From: Octopus bimaculoides
Taxonomy: Eukaryota
Length of the DNA stretch: 64,000 nt
Direction of reading: 5' to 3'
Assembly (NCBI RefSeq): GCF_001194135.2
Contig: NC_069002.1
Span: 34,519,586-34,583,585, forward strand
The translations under genes were made by a program, and so were the position numbers. The notes below the pieces were generated by a model that was not told the origin of the DNA, ran no database searches, and saw only the letters and a program-made list of their open reading frames with translations. Positions 25,495 to 39,265 of this stretch are shown one piece after another. The stretch's first letter is position 1, and each line of letters begins with the position of its first letter.

Positions 25495-25850
25495 TATTTG
25501 GCACAAGACCAGCAAGTTCAGGGGAGAAAGCTGGCCAATCTTATCAAAGATAATATTCAACTGGAACTTATTTTAACGACTCAAAAGAATGAAAAGCAAA
25601 ATCAACCTCGGCGTAATTTGAACTCAGAACACTTTGAAGCTCGTACTTTTCTAGGCGTGCTAACGATTCTACCAGCTGATCGCCTTATATGCATGTAAAA
25701 GTGGTTAAAGATTATGGCACAAGGGCAGCAATTTAGGAGGCTGGAAAAGTCGATTACATACTGTTACACATTTGCTGGATTCCGAAAGGATGAAAAGCAA
25801 AGCTGACCTCAGTGGAATTTGAACTCAGAACGTAGAGATGGATGAAATGC
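25495..25850 (-). mobile_element. Two tandem SINE family 1 copies (25495-25686, 25711-25850)
   Basis: Two ggcacaag..gaatgaaaagcaaa..cctc.g.g.aatttgaactcagaac units. Confidence 0.8.
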
Positions 25851-26692
25851 TGGCCTTGTACCTAAAATATTTCAACCAGTACGAAAACAGCTTTCTTCTC
25901 ACTTATCATATCATCGCATTACATTGTAACTTTCAGTCTTTAAGACTCCTTTGATAGTATGCATGAACAAATGTTTTCAGTTGCATATTACATGTGTTAA
26001 ACCAGAATTCCTCATTATAATTTAGTAATCTTAATACACAATTATTTACACAATCAAACTACCAGCTACTCTTACCCCTAAATAATTCTAATTTCATTTT
26101 TATTTTATTTTATATATTTTACTTGTAACTGATACTCTCAGGTTTAACCCCTCATAAGTCCCTTCGGCTACAGCATTTGTGTATCTTTTCAGCAAACAAA
26201 CTTCTTGGTGCTTTCCAAAATAATGTTTCTTTTTCATGTTATAATTTGTCTTTCGCTTTGTTTTTCAAACTAAATATTTGAAAAGATATTGTTTTGTTTC
26301 TTGTATTTCCTCTCATACCCTCATATATGCTCAACCTTTTAAAGTGCTACATTTAGCAATTTTATGTGATATCGACTTTTCTTATCACATTCAGTCTAAC
26401 CATAATTTAAATAATTATTTGCATAATTTAACATCACACATGTAATATAGGGTGGTATTAAATGTTATAAAGAGTAGTATTAAGATATATGTGCTTATCA
26501 AAGGAAATTTCGAAGCCTATAATAATTATAAATACATCTTAATTATAGGAATGCTCTTCAAACATCTAACCAAACAATTTGGAAGGCATTCATTATTTGG
26601 GATTATAATTAAAGTGTGAGACAAAAGAAACAGCGGAGTTTTCATTTCCTACAGTCTCTTAGTAATATTGAAATGTTAAAATCATATATAAC

Positions 26693-26866
26693 AAGGCGGC
26701 CAGCTGTCAGAGAGAAGACCGAGGAAAACGATTCGTAGCATATCGTACGACTTAATGCACCGATTTCACATGTAGTCGGAGTCGCATTTGTCTTTCAATA
26801 TTCCGAGGCCAATAAAATAAACACCAGTTGACCACTGGAGTCGATGAAATCGACTTGGCTCTTTGT
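26693..26866 (+). mobile_element. SINE family 1, degenerate
   Basis: aaggcggccagctgtcaga..aataaaataaacaccagttgaccactggagtcgatgaaatcgact. Confidence 0.65.
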
Positions 26867-27368
26867 GTATGCTACTAATTGCATCTTTTAATTCTATATT
26901 GTGATGAGATATGCTCATAGAGAAACAGAATTATTTCAGCGATCATAGCGAAGACTGATGAAAAATGTACATCAATTCTGTTATCGTCGATGGAACGAGC
27001 TCTCTTTCGTTTCAAAATATGCACAGAAATGTTTAATCTATCATGAAATAAGTTTAGGCATCAAAATAATACTAGCACAAATTTATACATGAAGTACCAG
27101 ATACACTACGGCTAAAAAAGAAATCAAAAACACTGACGTTGGAGAACATGATCAGCATATTTACTGCTGAACTGGAATAACGACGAACACTAAACGGTGA
27201 AAAATGAAATAATAAACTACACATTTCATATCTATTTTAAAATAACTTTTAAGTTATTTATCGATTTTCTATTCATTTTTATAAAATTCTCCGTATAAAA
27301 TATATTTTCTAATTTTAACACAATATTATTTTCAAAAATTTTACACACTTTAGGCATATATGTTTGTG

Positions 27369-27414
<46 letters not shown>

Positions 27415-27759
27415 NNNNNNNNNNNNNNNNNNNNNNNNNNNNNNNNNNNNNNNNNNNNNNNNNNNNNNNNNNNNNNNNNNNNNNNNNNNNNNNNNNNNNN
27501 NNNNNNNNNNNNNNNNNNNNNNNNNNNNNNNNNNNNNNNNNNNNNNNNNNNNNNNNNNNNNNNNNNNNNNNNNNNNNNNNNNNNNNNNNNNNNNNNNNNN
27601 NNNNNNNNNNNNNNNNNNNNNNNNNNNNNNNNNNNNNNNNNNNNNNNNNNNNNNNNNNNNNNNNNNNNNNNNNNNNNNNNNNNNNNNNNNNNNNNNNNNN
27701 NNNNNNNNNNNNNNNNNNNNNNNNNNNNNNNNNNNNNNNNNNNNNNNNNNNNNNNNNNN

Positions 27760-27804
<45 letters not shown>

Positions 27805-28113
27805 TGTATGTATGTATGTATGTATGTATAAAACAGGCGTGTTACAGCATGGATATCATTTCTGCCGGTATTGTGTGTGCAAATGTTGAATTTCACAAGT
27901 GACTTACTGTTTTTCTGATGTCAACATGTATGGTATTTTGGTGCAGTTTATCTGACTAGACAGATAATGAAAACAAAGAAACGCAGTGCTGAATACACGC
28001 ACATACACACACAAAAACCCCATGTATTTGAAGTTTGTTGAATGAAAATAGGAGCACGGAACTTTGAATAAAGCTTTGCTCGGTATAATTTAATTCGTTC
28101 ATCCACACAATTG

Positions 28114-28145
<32 letters not shown>

Positions 28146-28295
28146 CATCTTCTGAGGTGAAATTCCGACGAAGTCGAGCTTGCCTTTCATCTTTTAGGAG
28201 TCGATAACAAAAGTACCAGTTGAGTACTAGACTAGAGTCGATGAAATCACCTATCCCCCTCCGCCAAATTTCTGGCCTTCTGCCTATAAAAGAAT
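28146..28295 (+). mobile_element. SINE family 1, 5'-truncated
   Basis: ttctgaggtgaaattccgacgaagtcgagcttgcctttcatc..gtaccagttgagtact..ccttctgcctata. Confidence 0.85.
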
Positions 28296-29524
28296 GGATA
28301 TTAATCATCAACCTATTAATCATTAATCTTTAACTGTTTTATATTTATTTAACACGCACGTCCTGACATAAGTCGTTGTTGTTTATGCTGTTAGCATTTC
28401 ATTTTACTCATTGCTTTGCCTTGTGTACCACTATTATAGGCAGACACTAGCTATTATAACGAACTGCTTTCTCAATGTGGGCATATCGAAAGCGTTCTGG
28501 CATATAATGATAGCTTTAGAGTATTATACATCATACAGTTCAACCTTAGCATGAAGTAGACTTAAACTCAAGCAGCTGTTCCCCTTCATTTTCACTCAAC
28601 ATTTAATGCTATCCAATACAAAACAAGCGTTTGTTCACTGTAATGACCTCCCTAGTGTTTCCTGTAAGTTATGATATAATCAGTAGCTTTGTGTAAGGTG
28701 TTATATTTTAGAATGCCCTGTTCCAATTAGTGGAGATATTTGGCAAAATGATAACATTTCACATCATCCACAATGATTTGAATTTTGTTATGATACAGAC
28801 ATTTATAACAATGCTCAAAACTAACTGTTTCTTCTCCAAATAAAATGACACTTGAGCTTAAGGTTGTATATCAGCAGTAGTTCGTAACCTGAATATTAGA
28901 CATTTCATAAGAATATATCGCAAGTGCAATCGATTAGCACAATGCGACTACAAGAATATTTGTTTTCCCTATTTCTATATCTAAATTTCAAACAATAATA
29001 TCTATAGAAACTGCACAATGAACGAACTAAAGGGATATGATTTGGTCCAGCAGAAAATATACACGTCGTAATACATTCGATTTAAGGTCAACACAACACG
29101 AAAGATTGCAGAGGAAACGCATGTGATCGAATATCAGTGAAATAATCGTATTGTGTAATGTCGGAATTATAAGATTGATGACACAAACCAATGAGGTTGT
29201 TTGTACGATATCTGTACCGAAGAAAACTATGTGTGCGAGAGGCAAGGATCTCATGTTATAGAGGTGCGGCATTCAAAAGAGAAAAAAAAACGTCTATGAA
29301 AGCTATTTAAAAAAGCAAACAGTTCGTAACCGAGAAACATCACTTCTGTGTATGCCACAAAGCGAATTGACAGCAGATTTCGTATATTTCCTTCTTGCTT
29401 AATGAGAAGTACTATCACCAGAGAGCGGTTAGCTTCTCCAGAACCAATATAATCCGTATTTCATATTAGAAGTCGAATGTTCAAGTCCAAGAACATAGTT
29501 TCTCAACGCAGCATGACATTGTCC

Positions 29525-29662
29525 ATTTGGGCACAAGACCAATACATCCGGAGGTGGGGCTAAATCAACAGGTACTGATTTTATCGAGAACGAAAGGATG
29601 AAACGCTAAGTCGACACAGGCCGTATTTCAAATCAGAATGCAAAGATGGCCGAAATGCCACC
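29525..29662 (-). mobile_element. SINE family 1, degenerate
   Basis: gggcacaagacc..ggtactgattttatcga..gaaaggatgaaacgctaagtcgac. Confidence 0.7.
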
Positions 29663-31205
29663 CTTTTGTCGTCATACATTAAAATATTACAGTCTGATCT
29701 CGAACCTAACCGAATCTTCCTGAGATAACTGTAAGTCTAATCGCTACAAATTCACCATATACTCATCACAAACGTGAGAGGTTCTAATTTCTTTAGAAGC
29801 TATGAAGAAAAAGGTAATTAAATCTCAAATCATATTCTACAGACGTTCAGAGAAACTAGAGGGTGTTGATTAAGGAAATCTGTTATAAAATATGTCTGAG
29901 ATGTCATAATTCTTATTACAAGAATACCTCCCATCGTTGTTCTCCGTGACAATTAATGACCTGGCGTCAAACAACATTACCAAAAAACAAAACCAATGCA
30001 ACAACAAAAGTTGTTTCTATGATTATTAGCTAAACATTAACGAAGCCCGATTCGTCTGTGTTTTTCAAAAAGACGCCTCTTCTAAATTGTAGACATATTG
30101 GTGTTTGGGAAATAAATCTGGACACCGTTAATTGTATAAATACTGTACACACACANNNNNNNNNNNNNNNNNNNNNNNNNNNNNNNNNNNNNNNNNNNNN
30201 NNNNNNNNNNNNNNNNNNNNNNNNNNNNNNNNNNNNNNNNNNNNNNNNNNNNNNNNNNNNNNNNNNNNNNNNNNNNNNNNNNNNNNNNNNNNNNNNNNNN
30301 NNNNNNNNNNNNNNNNNNNNNNNNNNNNNNNNNNNNNNNNNNNNNNNNNNNNNNNNNNNNNNNNNNNNNNNNNNNNNNNNNNNNNNNNNNNNNNNNNNNN
30401 NNNNNNNNNNNNNNNNNNNNNNNNNNNNNNNNNNNNNNNNNNNNNNNTATATATATATATATATATGGGTGGAAGTTTGTATGTATAATATAAGCCGTCA
30501 ATAATTGAACATTAAAGTGAGTGAGGCAACTTAATTGATAAAACATTGAGAAAGAAAAATACAATTGATAAAGTCTTAATTAGACCAATTCTAAATTTAT
30601 GCAAGGACTAAGAAAACATACGTAGGTAATAAGAGAATGTATGGCTCTGCCACGTTTTATATATGAGTATGTTTGCGTCTGTGCCGGTGTGTGTAAGTAG
30701 TATGTGTAATTAGTCGTCTGTGAGAATGTGTATGCATACCTACACAGAGACACGCACGAATGTGTGCGTTTGTGCATATTTTTATATTCGTGTTTGATTG
30801 TATATGTGTGTTTCTATAATTTGCAAAATTCTCTTATAAGGACTAATGGATAATCAGAGAACGGAACATCGAACGCCAAAATAACGTATTCACTGTAGTC
30901 TTACGGCCGAGGGACGCAGAAGAATAGTCTTTTGTCCGTATTCGAAAGCAAAAGTGATAACTCGACACCTGCACCGAAATTAACAAATATCGGGAAAAGA
31001 ATACAGTAATTATTAAAGGATTGACATTGAATAAACAAGAGAAAATGACTGAATTCAGTGGTCTATGTTTACTCTGAACGTTGTCTCGTAATGCATCTGT
31101 AGATTTACATTTGCGATTCATATATATGGGTGTTTGAGTGTGTGTGTGTATGCATATATACATGCACACACACACACATATATGAATGTATGTATATGCA
31201 TATAT

Positions 31206-31252
<47 letters not shown>

Positions 31253-31604
31253 AATATACATATATATACTTATCTCTCTCTNNNNNNNNNNATATATATA
31301 TATATATACATACATACATTATAACATAATATGATAGAAAGAAAGTCAAAGGCTATGAAATGAAAATATTTATTATGTATACTAATATATAACATCTAGA
31401 AGTATAGATATTATATATTACATAGTACTATTGTTCATTTTACAAGCTAATACACGTACAGAAGTCTATCTCATCAGGTCCATAGCATATCTTGCTTACA
31501 TCTTTTGTTCCTTGTGTTTGTAAAACAACAAACTTTTGTCTTTGCTACAAATTTCATACTACACGACCTAATATATGCATGTGTGCGTACGTATATATAT
31601 ATAC

Positions 31605-31765
31605 GTGCTACGGGCTGATTTCAGTTTTCATCTACCAAATCCACTAACAAGGCGTTGGACGGCCCGAGGCTATTTCAGAAGACACTTGCTCCAGGTGACA
31701 CGCAACGAGACTGATCCCAGAACCATATGGTTTGGAAGCAAGATATTTAACACACATCCACGCCT
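31605..31765 (-). mobile_element. tRNA-derived SINE head plus core (family 2-like)
   Basis: ttcagttttcatctaccaaatccactaacaaggcgttggacggcccgaggctat..gaagacacttgctccaggtg..gactgatcccagaaccatatggtttggaagcaag; minus strand has a tRNA-like head and a CORE-like cctggagcaagtgtctt. Confidence 0.75.
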
Positions 31766-32744
31766 ACTCTATATAAAATACTACTTGTGCTGATCGCCAT
31801 TTCATTTTCACTGCAATGTACCAATAACTCCAGACTGTATTATGAATAGATAAATATTTTGATGAAGTAACGTTTACATCATCGACGAAAAATATATCTT
31901 AATATTTCTATACGTAAGAATACATACACGTTCAGGTGAGTGTGAGAATGTAGGACTGTGTTTCCTTCGACTTTATATATATATATATATTCAATAATCT
32001 TATTAATTTATAAATGTATGTATATACATATTCACGCACACATATGTATAGATATAAATACACACATACATACACGCTCTCTTTCTCACGTACAAACACA
32101 CACGTACACACGACCATCTATACACCGAGAGAGATAGATTCAGAGACTAGTAGATAGATATGTAGATAGATATGTAGATAGATAGATATAAAAAAGAAGA
32201 GAGAGCGAGAAGAGGTGGGGGCGAAGGCTTAGACGCTAAACCAGATAATTATAGACACACACATACTTATGCGTATAAGTATAGATAGAATCCTGTCGTT
32301 GCGTCTTTGTTCCTCTGTATTAAAAAATAATATCTCCATAGTTATCTATGTGTAGGCATATATATACGTACTGCTTGCCAGTGTACAATGTATATCTAAT
32401 TTGCACTTAACTACGGGTAGTTATACGGTTTCACTGTGATTTTACTGCTCACGGCCTAATTAGAAATATGAAAACCAGAATGTAAGAGTAAATATGATCG
32501 TTTTAAATAATGCGAAGAACAATTAAATGCAAATTACATATTTCTAGATTTGATTAACGTATAATATATTAAAGGAATGCTATTCTACACATGAGAAATT
32601 GTTTATTGTCAATGCTCGAGATGTTTCTGTCATGTTGGTTATATACATTTATGTATGTATACCTGTGTGTGCGTGTGTGTGCGTGTGTGTGCTGTGATGT
32701 ATGTGTATATGTGTGTGCTGCGAATAATAATATATATATAATGA

Positions 32745-33075
32745 AGATGCATGGCTCAGTGATTACAGCGTCGGGTTCACAATCATGAGATAGTGAGCTT
32801 GATTCCTTGACCGGGCTGTCACAACCGTCTGTGTGCTGTTTCTTTATTTAACCTTGCTCCAGTTCATTAAGCGTGTGCGTGTTTGAAAATCCATGTAAGA
32901 GCATGCGTACATGTACGCCTGTCCCATTTCGCAAGTTCGTTTGTTTATGCCCAGTAAAAAAAGGGTCTCCGTATTAGAGCTCAATAGACTAAGTATCAGA
33001 CGTTAAAAAATAGATCACTGGGTCCTTTGTGTCCCAGTAAAATTTTTCAATGCGATGCATCAGAATACTTTTTGA
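32745..33075 (+). mobile_element. Composite tRNA-headed SINE, degenerate
   Basis: A-box-like atggctcagtgatt, B-box-like gagcttgattcc, then a tail homologous to 13870-14030. Confidence 0.6.
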
Positions 33076-33191
33076 CCAGCAACTGGAAGGAGTTAGAAAG
33101 CCAAAACAGAAGAAAAAGACAGTAGGGTTATAGAATCTACGCAAAATGACTTTCATATTGATTCCTATTTAAACGCACTACACATGGAAAT

Positions 33192-33509
33192 GTGGAGGCA
33201 AATGGCCTAATGATTAATGCAGCGGATTCGCGGTTGAAGGATTGCAGGTTCGAATATCAGACCGGGTGATGTGTGTTTTTATGAGCGAAACACCTAAGCT
33301 CAGCGCGGCTCGGGTTGAAGAAAATAGCGAACTGCTGCTGACTCTTTCGCCACAACTTTCTCCCACTCATTCCTCCTACTACATCTAGCCTCTCACCTGC
33401 AACAGACTGGTGTCCCGTCCAGTTGGGGAACCTATACTCCGATGAAACCGGGAAACCGTGCCTTATGAGCCATGCATGGCTCGAGAAGGAACAAACAAGA
33501 ACAACAACG
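33192..33509 (+). mobile_element. Full-length tRNA(Arg)-like SINE with (AAC)n tail and 11-bp TSD
   Basis: A-box tggcctaatga (33203), B-box ggttcgaatatc (33247), tail gaaaccgggaaaccg..gagcc..aacaacaac; CACATGGAAAT at 33181-33191 and 33510-33520. Confidence 0.9.
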
Positions 33510-34271
33510 CACATGGAAATAAGAAAGTTTTAACCAATGGTTATATGTTCAATAGTTAGGTAAATTGTTCAATAAAACACTGAAACCCTCATTACTCGTC
33601 ATCATATTACCTAAGTGACCGATTGCCAGATTGTAAAAGACATTAAATTTTTCATAAAATATATCTACAGATAAATTTCAACGGAATGTTTGTAATAATG
33701 ACTATCAAGGGAGAAGAAATGAAGCAAAATATGATTACTTTGTTTTAGATATGTACGTATGATTTCTGTTTATCAAATTCCGAGCAAAGAAAATTTGATA
33801 AAAATAGACGAAATTCTTCGAGAATGTTTATCTGTTTCCTTTGGTTAGTTTCCAACATATCGCAGAATTCATTGGAGAATAATAGACATCAAAGACGTTA
33901 ACAGTTATCGTGCCAAACCGAAAGCCTTTAGAAGACCTTTTATTCAAACATAGTCGATAGAGGAAACAACCTTTTGTGTAGGAGAGATCTTCAAATTAAT
34001 GAAGCTAATTATACGTCAGACTGAGTTGTTAAAATTACCACAACAATTGTAGCAAATCAACCGTTGCGTAAATTCTCCCTTCACTCTCAATAGATTTGTT
34101 TTTCAGTCTTTATGTTTGAATTAATTCACCACATACGTACATGCATAGCGATGCAGACTGGAGTTTCATCTCGTAAACACGCAGTTAAAGTTCCTATCCC
34201 ACTAAAGCGGCTGGCATCTCCGATTTGAGTGGATTTTCGTAGAATGTTATTCGCTGAGTAAAAACACATAC

Positions 34272-34302
<31 letters not shown>

Positions 34303-34332
34303 TGTATATGTTAGAAAAAATAATAAGGTACT

Positions 34333-34533
34333 CAGATACCTGGATGGTTGTATATTTACAGATTTTTATTAATATGTCACATGTTTTATAAATATTAGCA
34401 CTTGCACCTATTCTTGTAGGTTCTTCAGATATGATCATATCTGAAGAACCTACAAGGATAGGCGCAAGCGCTAATATTTATAAAACATGTGACATATTAA
34501 AAATATGTAAATGTACAACTATCCAGATACCTG
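34333..34533. mobile_element. Spacerless palindromic (fold-back) element with hammerhead-like motif in each arm; probable Penelope pLTR-derived
   Basis: Axis 34434/34435; arms 34340-34434 and 34435-34526 differ by 6 substitutions and one 3-nt indel; CAGATACCTG direct repeat at 34333-34342 and 34524-34533. Confidence 0.8.
34437..34477 (+). ncRNA. Type I minimal hammerhead-ribozyme-like motif (variant core GCAA for GAAA); mirror copy on minus strand 34392-34432
   Basis: atat-CTGAAGA-a-ccta-caagga-tagg-c-GCAA-gcgc-TA-atat; palindromic AGCGCT stem III. Confidence 0.55.
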
Positions 34534-35303
34534 CACCTCATGTTCAATCATAACATCAGCAAGAAGGGTTTAACATTACAAGTTGAAGAAAAGAAGGCTG
34601 CAAACAACTTTGTTGATTCTCATCACTGCTGATCAGACGGGGATGAAATGATATGAAATGCCTTGCGTTAGAACAAGCATGGGATCGTCTCCGGAATTTG
34701 AACCATGGTTTTATATGATGCTAAGGGATACCACAAATCACAAAACTCTCGCGTTGAGAAAAATCAAAGACAAGAACTTACACCTCGTGTGCAAGCATAA
34801 AGTCAAGAATTTGTCTGATTTCCTATAAAAGGAAATCGAAAATATTTTCAGTTAAGAAATTCTCCAGTTGAATATTTTGAAAGAAATCATGTAGAAACAT
34901 ATTTATAAGGAAAATGTCGAGAAATACATGAAATTAGACGAGTAAAAGAAAATAAAGTCACGTTGTTAGTATGAATACATAGCAAATGAAGGTAAAGAAA
35001 ATTGATAAATCATAGTAAATAAACATGCTTACGTTTACATATTGCAAACGATGTGTGAATTGGTTTATGTGTGCTGATGTTTTTCTCAGTGTGTGTATGT
35101 GTGTGTGTGACAGAGAGAGATAGTGTGAGCGGTTGTTCATATGTGCGCATGCGCGTATGTGTATGATCTTTAAATCAAATATCAAGTAAGAAGTGGTGTC
35201 TACAGAGTATAGGCATGTCAGCAACACACTATATATGAAACCTCGACAGTTTTTCTTCGAAACATACATGATGTGTGTATGCATCTCCATGTGCTTGTAT
35301 GTT

Positions 35304-35355
<52 letters not shown>

Positions 35356-36327
35356 CATATAAGTATGTTTATATGTGTATATATTTACTGACTGATATAT
35401 ACATATATATATATTTGTTTATTCATATATATCTTATACATACATACGTATGCATACACACACACAGACACACACACACACACACACACATATGTATATA
35501 TATGTATATATATATATATATATATGAAGACAGAGGAAGAGAGATTGATAGCTAGATATAAAGACAGATAAATAGATAGAGAGAGAGAGACAGAGAGAGA
35601 AAGAGAGAGAAAGGGGAGGTTATATATATATATATATGCACATCCAACCAGAGAGACATGCACATGTGCATATCGATACACATGTGCTTGTAGATACACA
35701 CAAACATACATATTTATATATGCACATATGTGTTATTCCTTTACTACCCACAAGGGGCTATATGCACATATGTGCATGCATCGAAATGTCTCTTTTATAC
35801 GCAAACACGCGTAACGGTTTCTAAATAGATATATGCGTCAACAAATATGCCTTTATATGTTATGAAAATTATATAAAATGAACAATATGTGTTGATGTGG
35901 TGTAGTGGGGAGGTACCATTGTATACTAGGGTTGTGTATTACAATTACGTTTATACGCTTTGAAGCACATTTACGTATATACATATATATCACAAAGACA
36001 CACAATACCTCAGCAGTACGAAAACACACACGGATAGCCACAAACATAACTGACACGCAAAAACACGTAAAGAAACACATGTACATGAACATAAAACAGG
36101 AAGAGTAAAGAGAAAACTGAGTTAAGTAACGTGCAAAGCAAAATTTATATAAAATATTTTAACAAATATAAAATTAACAAATTTCTCATTATTCAAATTA
36201 GGAAGAAAATTCAATTTCAGTTCCAAAATTACATATTGAGCATATATGAAAATTAACTTTCTCAATTTTGTCTTTAATAACGATCAAATTTCATTTTAAT
36301 CTCAGATGTATTATTTATATGTGTGCG

Positions 36328-36358
<31 letters not shown>

Positions 36359-36827
36359 TATATATANNNNNNNNNNNNNNNNNNNNNNNNNNNNNNNNNN
36401 NNNNNNNNNNNNNNNNNNNNNNNNNNNNNNNNNNNNNNNNNNNNNNNNNNNNNNNNNNNNNNNNNNNNNNNNNNNNNNNNNNNNNNNNNNNNNNNNNNNN
36501 NNNNNNNNNNNNNNNNNNNNNNNNNNNNNNNNNNNNNNNNNNNNNNNNNNNNNNNNNNNNNNNNNNNNNNNNNNNNNNNNNNNNNNNNNNNNNNNNNNNN
36601 NNNNNNNNNNNNNNNNNNNNNNNNNNNNNNNNNNNNNNNNNNNNNNNNNNNNNNNNNNNNNNNNNNNNNNNNNNNNNNNNNNNNNNNNNNNNNNNNNNNN
36701 NNNNNNNNNNNNNNNNNNNNNNNNNNNNNNNNNNNNNNNNNNNNNNNNNNNNNNNNNNNNNNNNNNNNNNNNNNNNNNNNNNNNNNNNNNNNNNNNNNNN
36801 NNNNNNNNNNNNNNNNNNNNNNNNNNN

Positions 36828-37470
36828 ACATTTGTTCTGAGCCGCCTAGACTATTGCTCTCAGTTGTGGTCACCACACAGTGTTAAGCGGACAACAGAAC
36901 TCGAGGCAATTCAGCGGCACTATCCCAAAAAGATCGCCACAGTCCAACAGATGAACTACAGGGAGCGACTGAAGGCACTAGGTCTCTACTTCCTGGAGCG
37001 CAGGCGGGAGAGATATGTAATATTATACATATGGAAAATACTGGAAGGACTGGTGCCAAACTTTGATATCAAGCACTACAGGAATGCCAGCACGGCTCGC
37101 CACTGCATGGTGCCAAAGGTACCGTCCACTGCATCTCACATAAGAACGAGATACTGCAGCAGCCTCGGTTTCAGAGGACCTCAGCTCTTCAATGCCCTGC
37201 CAAAACATTTGAGAGACATGTAGGACATGGATGCGGATGTCTTCAAGACAGAATTTGACGCTTTCCTCTCCACGATACCAGACGAACCAATGGCTCGTAA
37301 TGAGACGCAGTTTAGGGCAGCTGTGTCAAATTCTCTTATACACGAGATGTGCCATCAAAACTCTGGATTGGACCATGGCAGGTGGAGGAGAAGAGCCATG
37401 CAAGGAATGTGAAAATCACGGTGGTGCACCAGCATGACCGCAGCCACTTGGCTGAAACACATAAATAAAT
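36828..37470 (+). mobile_element. CR1-group non-LTR retrotransposon 3' end (RT C-terminus plus 3' UTR)
   Basis: TFVLSRLDYCSQLWSP..ELEAIQR..MNYRERLKALGLYFLERRRERY..WKILEGLVPN..GPQLFNALPKHLR..FKTEFDAFLSTIPDEP..RAAVSNSL; a single in-frame TAG (37221-23) over ~585 bp; (taaa)n tail; 5' end lost in the N-gap. Confidence 0.9.
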
Positions 37471-37612
37471 AAATATATATATATATTTATATATTATATA
37501 TATGCATATATCTATATATATACATATATATATATATATATAAATATATACATATATAAATATATTCATATATATATACATATATATATACATATGTATA
37601 TATACATATATT

Positions 37613-37658
<46 letters not shown>

Positions 37659-39265
37659 NNNNNNNNNNNNNNNNNNNNNNNNNNNNNNNNNNNNNNNNNN
37701 NNNNNNNNNNNNNNNNNNNNNNNNNNNNNNNNNNNNNNNNNNNNNNNNNNNNNNNNNNNNNNNNNNNNNNNNNNNNNNNNNNNNNNNNNNNNNNNNNNNN
37801 NNNNNNNNNNNNNNNNNNNNNNNNNNNNNNNNNNNNNNNNNNNNNNNNNNNNNNNNNNNNNNNNNNNNNNNNNNNNNNNNNNNNNNNNNNNNNNNNNNNN
37901 NNNNNNNNNNNNNNNNNNNNNNNNNNNNNNNNNNNNNNNNNNNNNNNNNNNNNNNNNNNNNNNNNNNNNNNNNNNNNNNNNNNNNNNNNNNNNNNNNNNN
38001 NNNNNNNNNNNNNNNNNNNNNNNNNNNNNNNNNNNNNNNNNNNNNNNNNNNNNNNNNNNNNNNNNNNNNNNNNNNNNNNNNNNNNNNNNNNNNNNNNNNN
38101 NNNNNNNNNNNNNNNNNNNNNNNNNNNNNNNNNNNNNNNNNNNNNNNNNNNNNNNNNNNNNNNNNNNNNNNNNNNNNNNNNNNNNNNNNNNNNNNNNNNN
38201 NNNNNNNNNNNNNNNNNNNNNNNNNNNNNNNNNNNNNNNNNNNNNNNNNNNNNNNNNNNNNNNNNNNNNNNNNNNNNNNNNNNNNNNNNNNNNNNNNNNN
38301 NNNNNNNNNNNNNNNNNNNNNNNNNNNNNNNNNNNNNNNNNNNNNNNNNNNNNNNNNNNNNNNNNNNNNNNNNNNNNNNNNNNNNNNNTATATATATATA
38401 TATATATATGGACGTTGTAGCCAATTCTATAATATCTATAAGAGATGCAAGAAATGGAAGTAGTAATTCTACAGCAAACTAATGTGTGTAGCCAATTCTT
38501 CATGGTGTTCTGTCCAGTACTGAAGTAGGGCAATACCCTGGCGCCAGGCTGGTCTGCTGGTCCTGTTAATACGTTAACCAGGTGGACAATATGTTCTCCT
38601 GGGAATGATAAAAGAGCAACGTCGTTCCATTCGGAACAGACATGTTGAAGTGGCCACAAGCTTGCATGTAAATGGACCGATCAAGGCAGTATTAATATCC
38701 AAGTTAAACTAATCAACACTTGAAACAGGATGTAGCGTTAGAGCACACATATGCCGTAATATTTACTAAGATAGAAAACTTTCATTCTTCATTTGGTTTT
38801 ATGGTGCACGAAAGCATATCATAGCTATAACCAGTGGCAGACATTCACCGCTACTTACGCCGCTAGACTACGATATCATGTGATTTTAGTCTGCTTTGAC
38901 CTTATACATGATAAATACAGACACTCATATATAGGTATGTATTTGTTTGTGTGTGTGTGTGTGTGTATGTGTGAGTGTTTGTGCGTGTGTAATTTGTATC
39001 AATCAATTTTAATGACATGCAATAAGCAGCATTTGGATACCAGTATCACGATATGAACATCGTAATATTTATCAGTATTACCCTCCGAATATATTTATCG
39101 TTCATTTGTAGAATGTGTTATTTCATCGGGTCCGGGTTGACAGGTATACAGGCTCAAGTGCAACGTGCTATAAGGATTTCTAATGCTTCGTATTAATCTA
39201 TATATGCCCATAAATGATATTCCATTATTCAGGGAAACTTATGGATAACGGTATTTAATACGTGA

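Noticed and set aside
33192-33265. Functional tRNA gene
   Set aside because: Cloverleaf is incomplete and continues into a SINE body with tail and TSD; no intact tRNA or rRNA gene was found in the window
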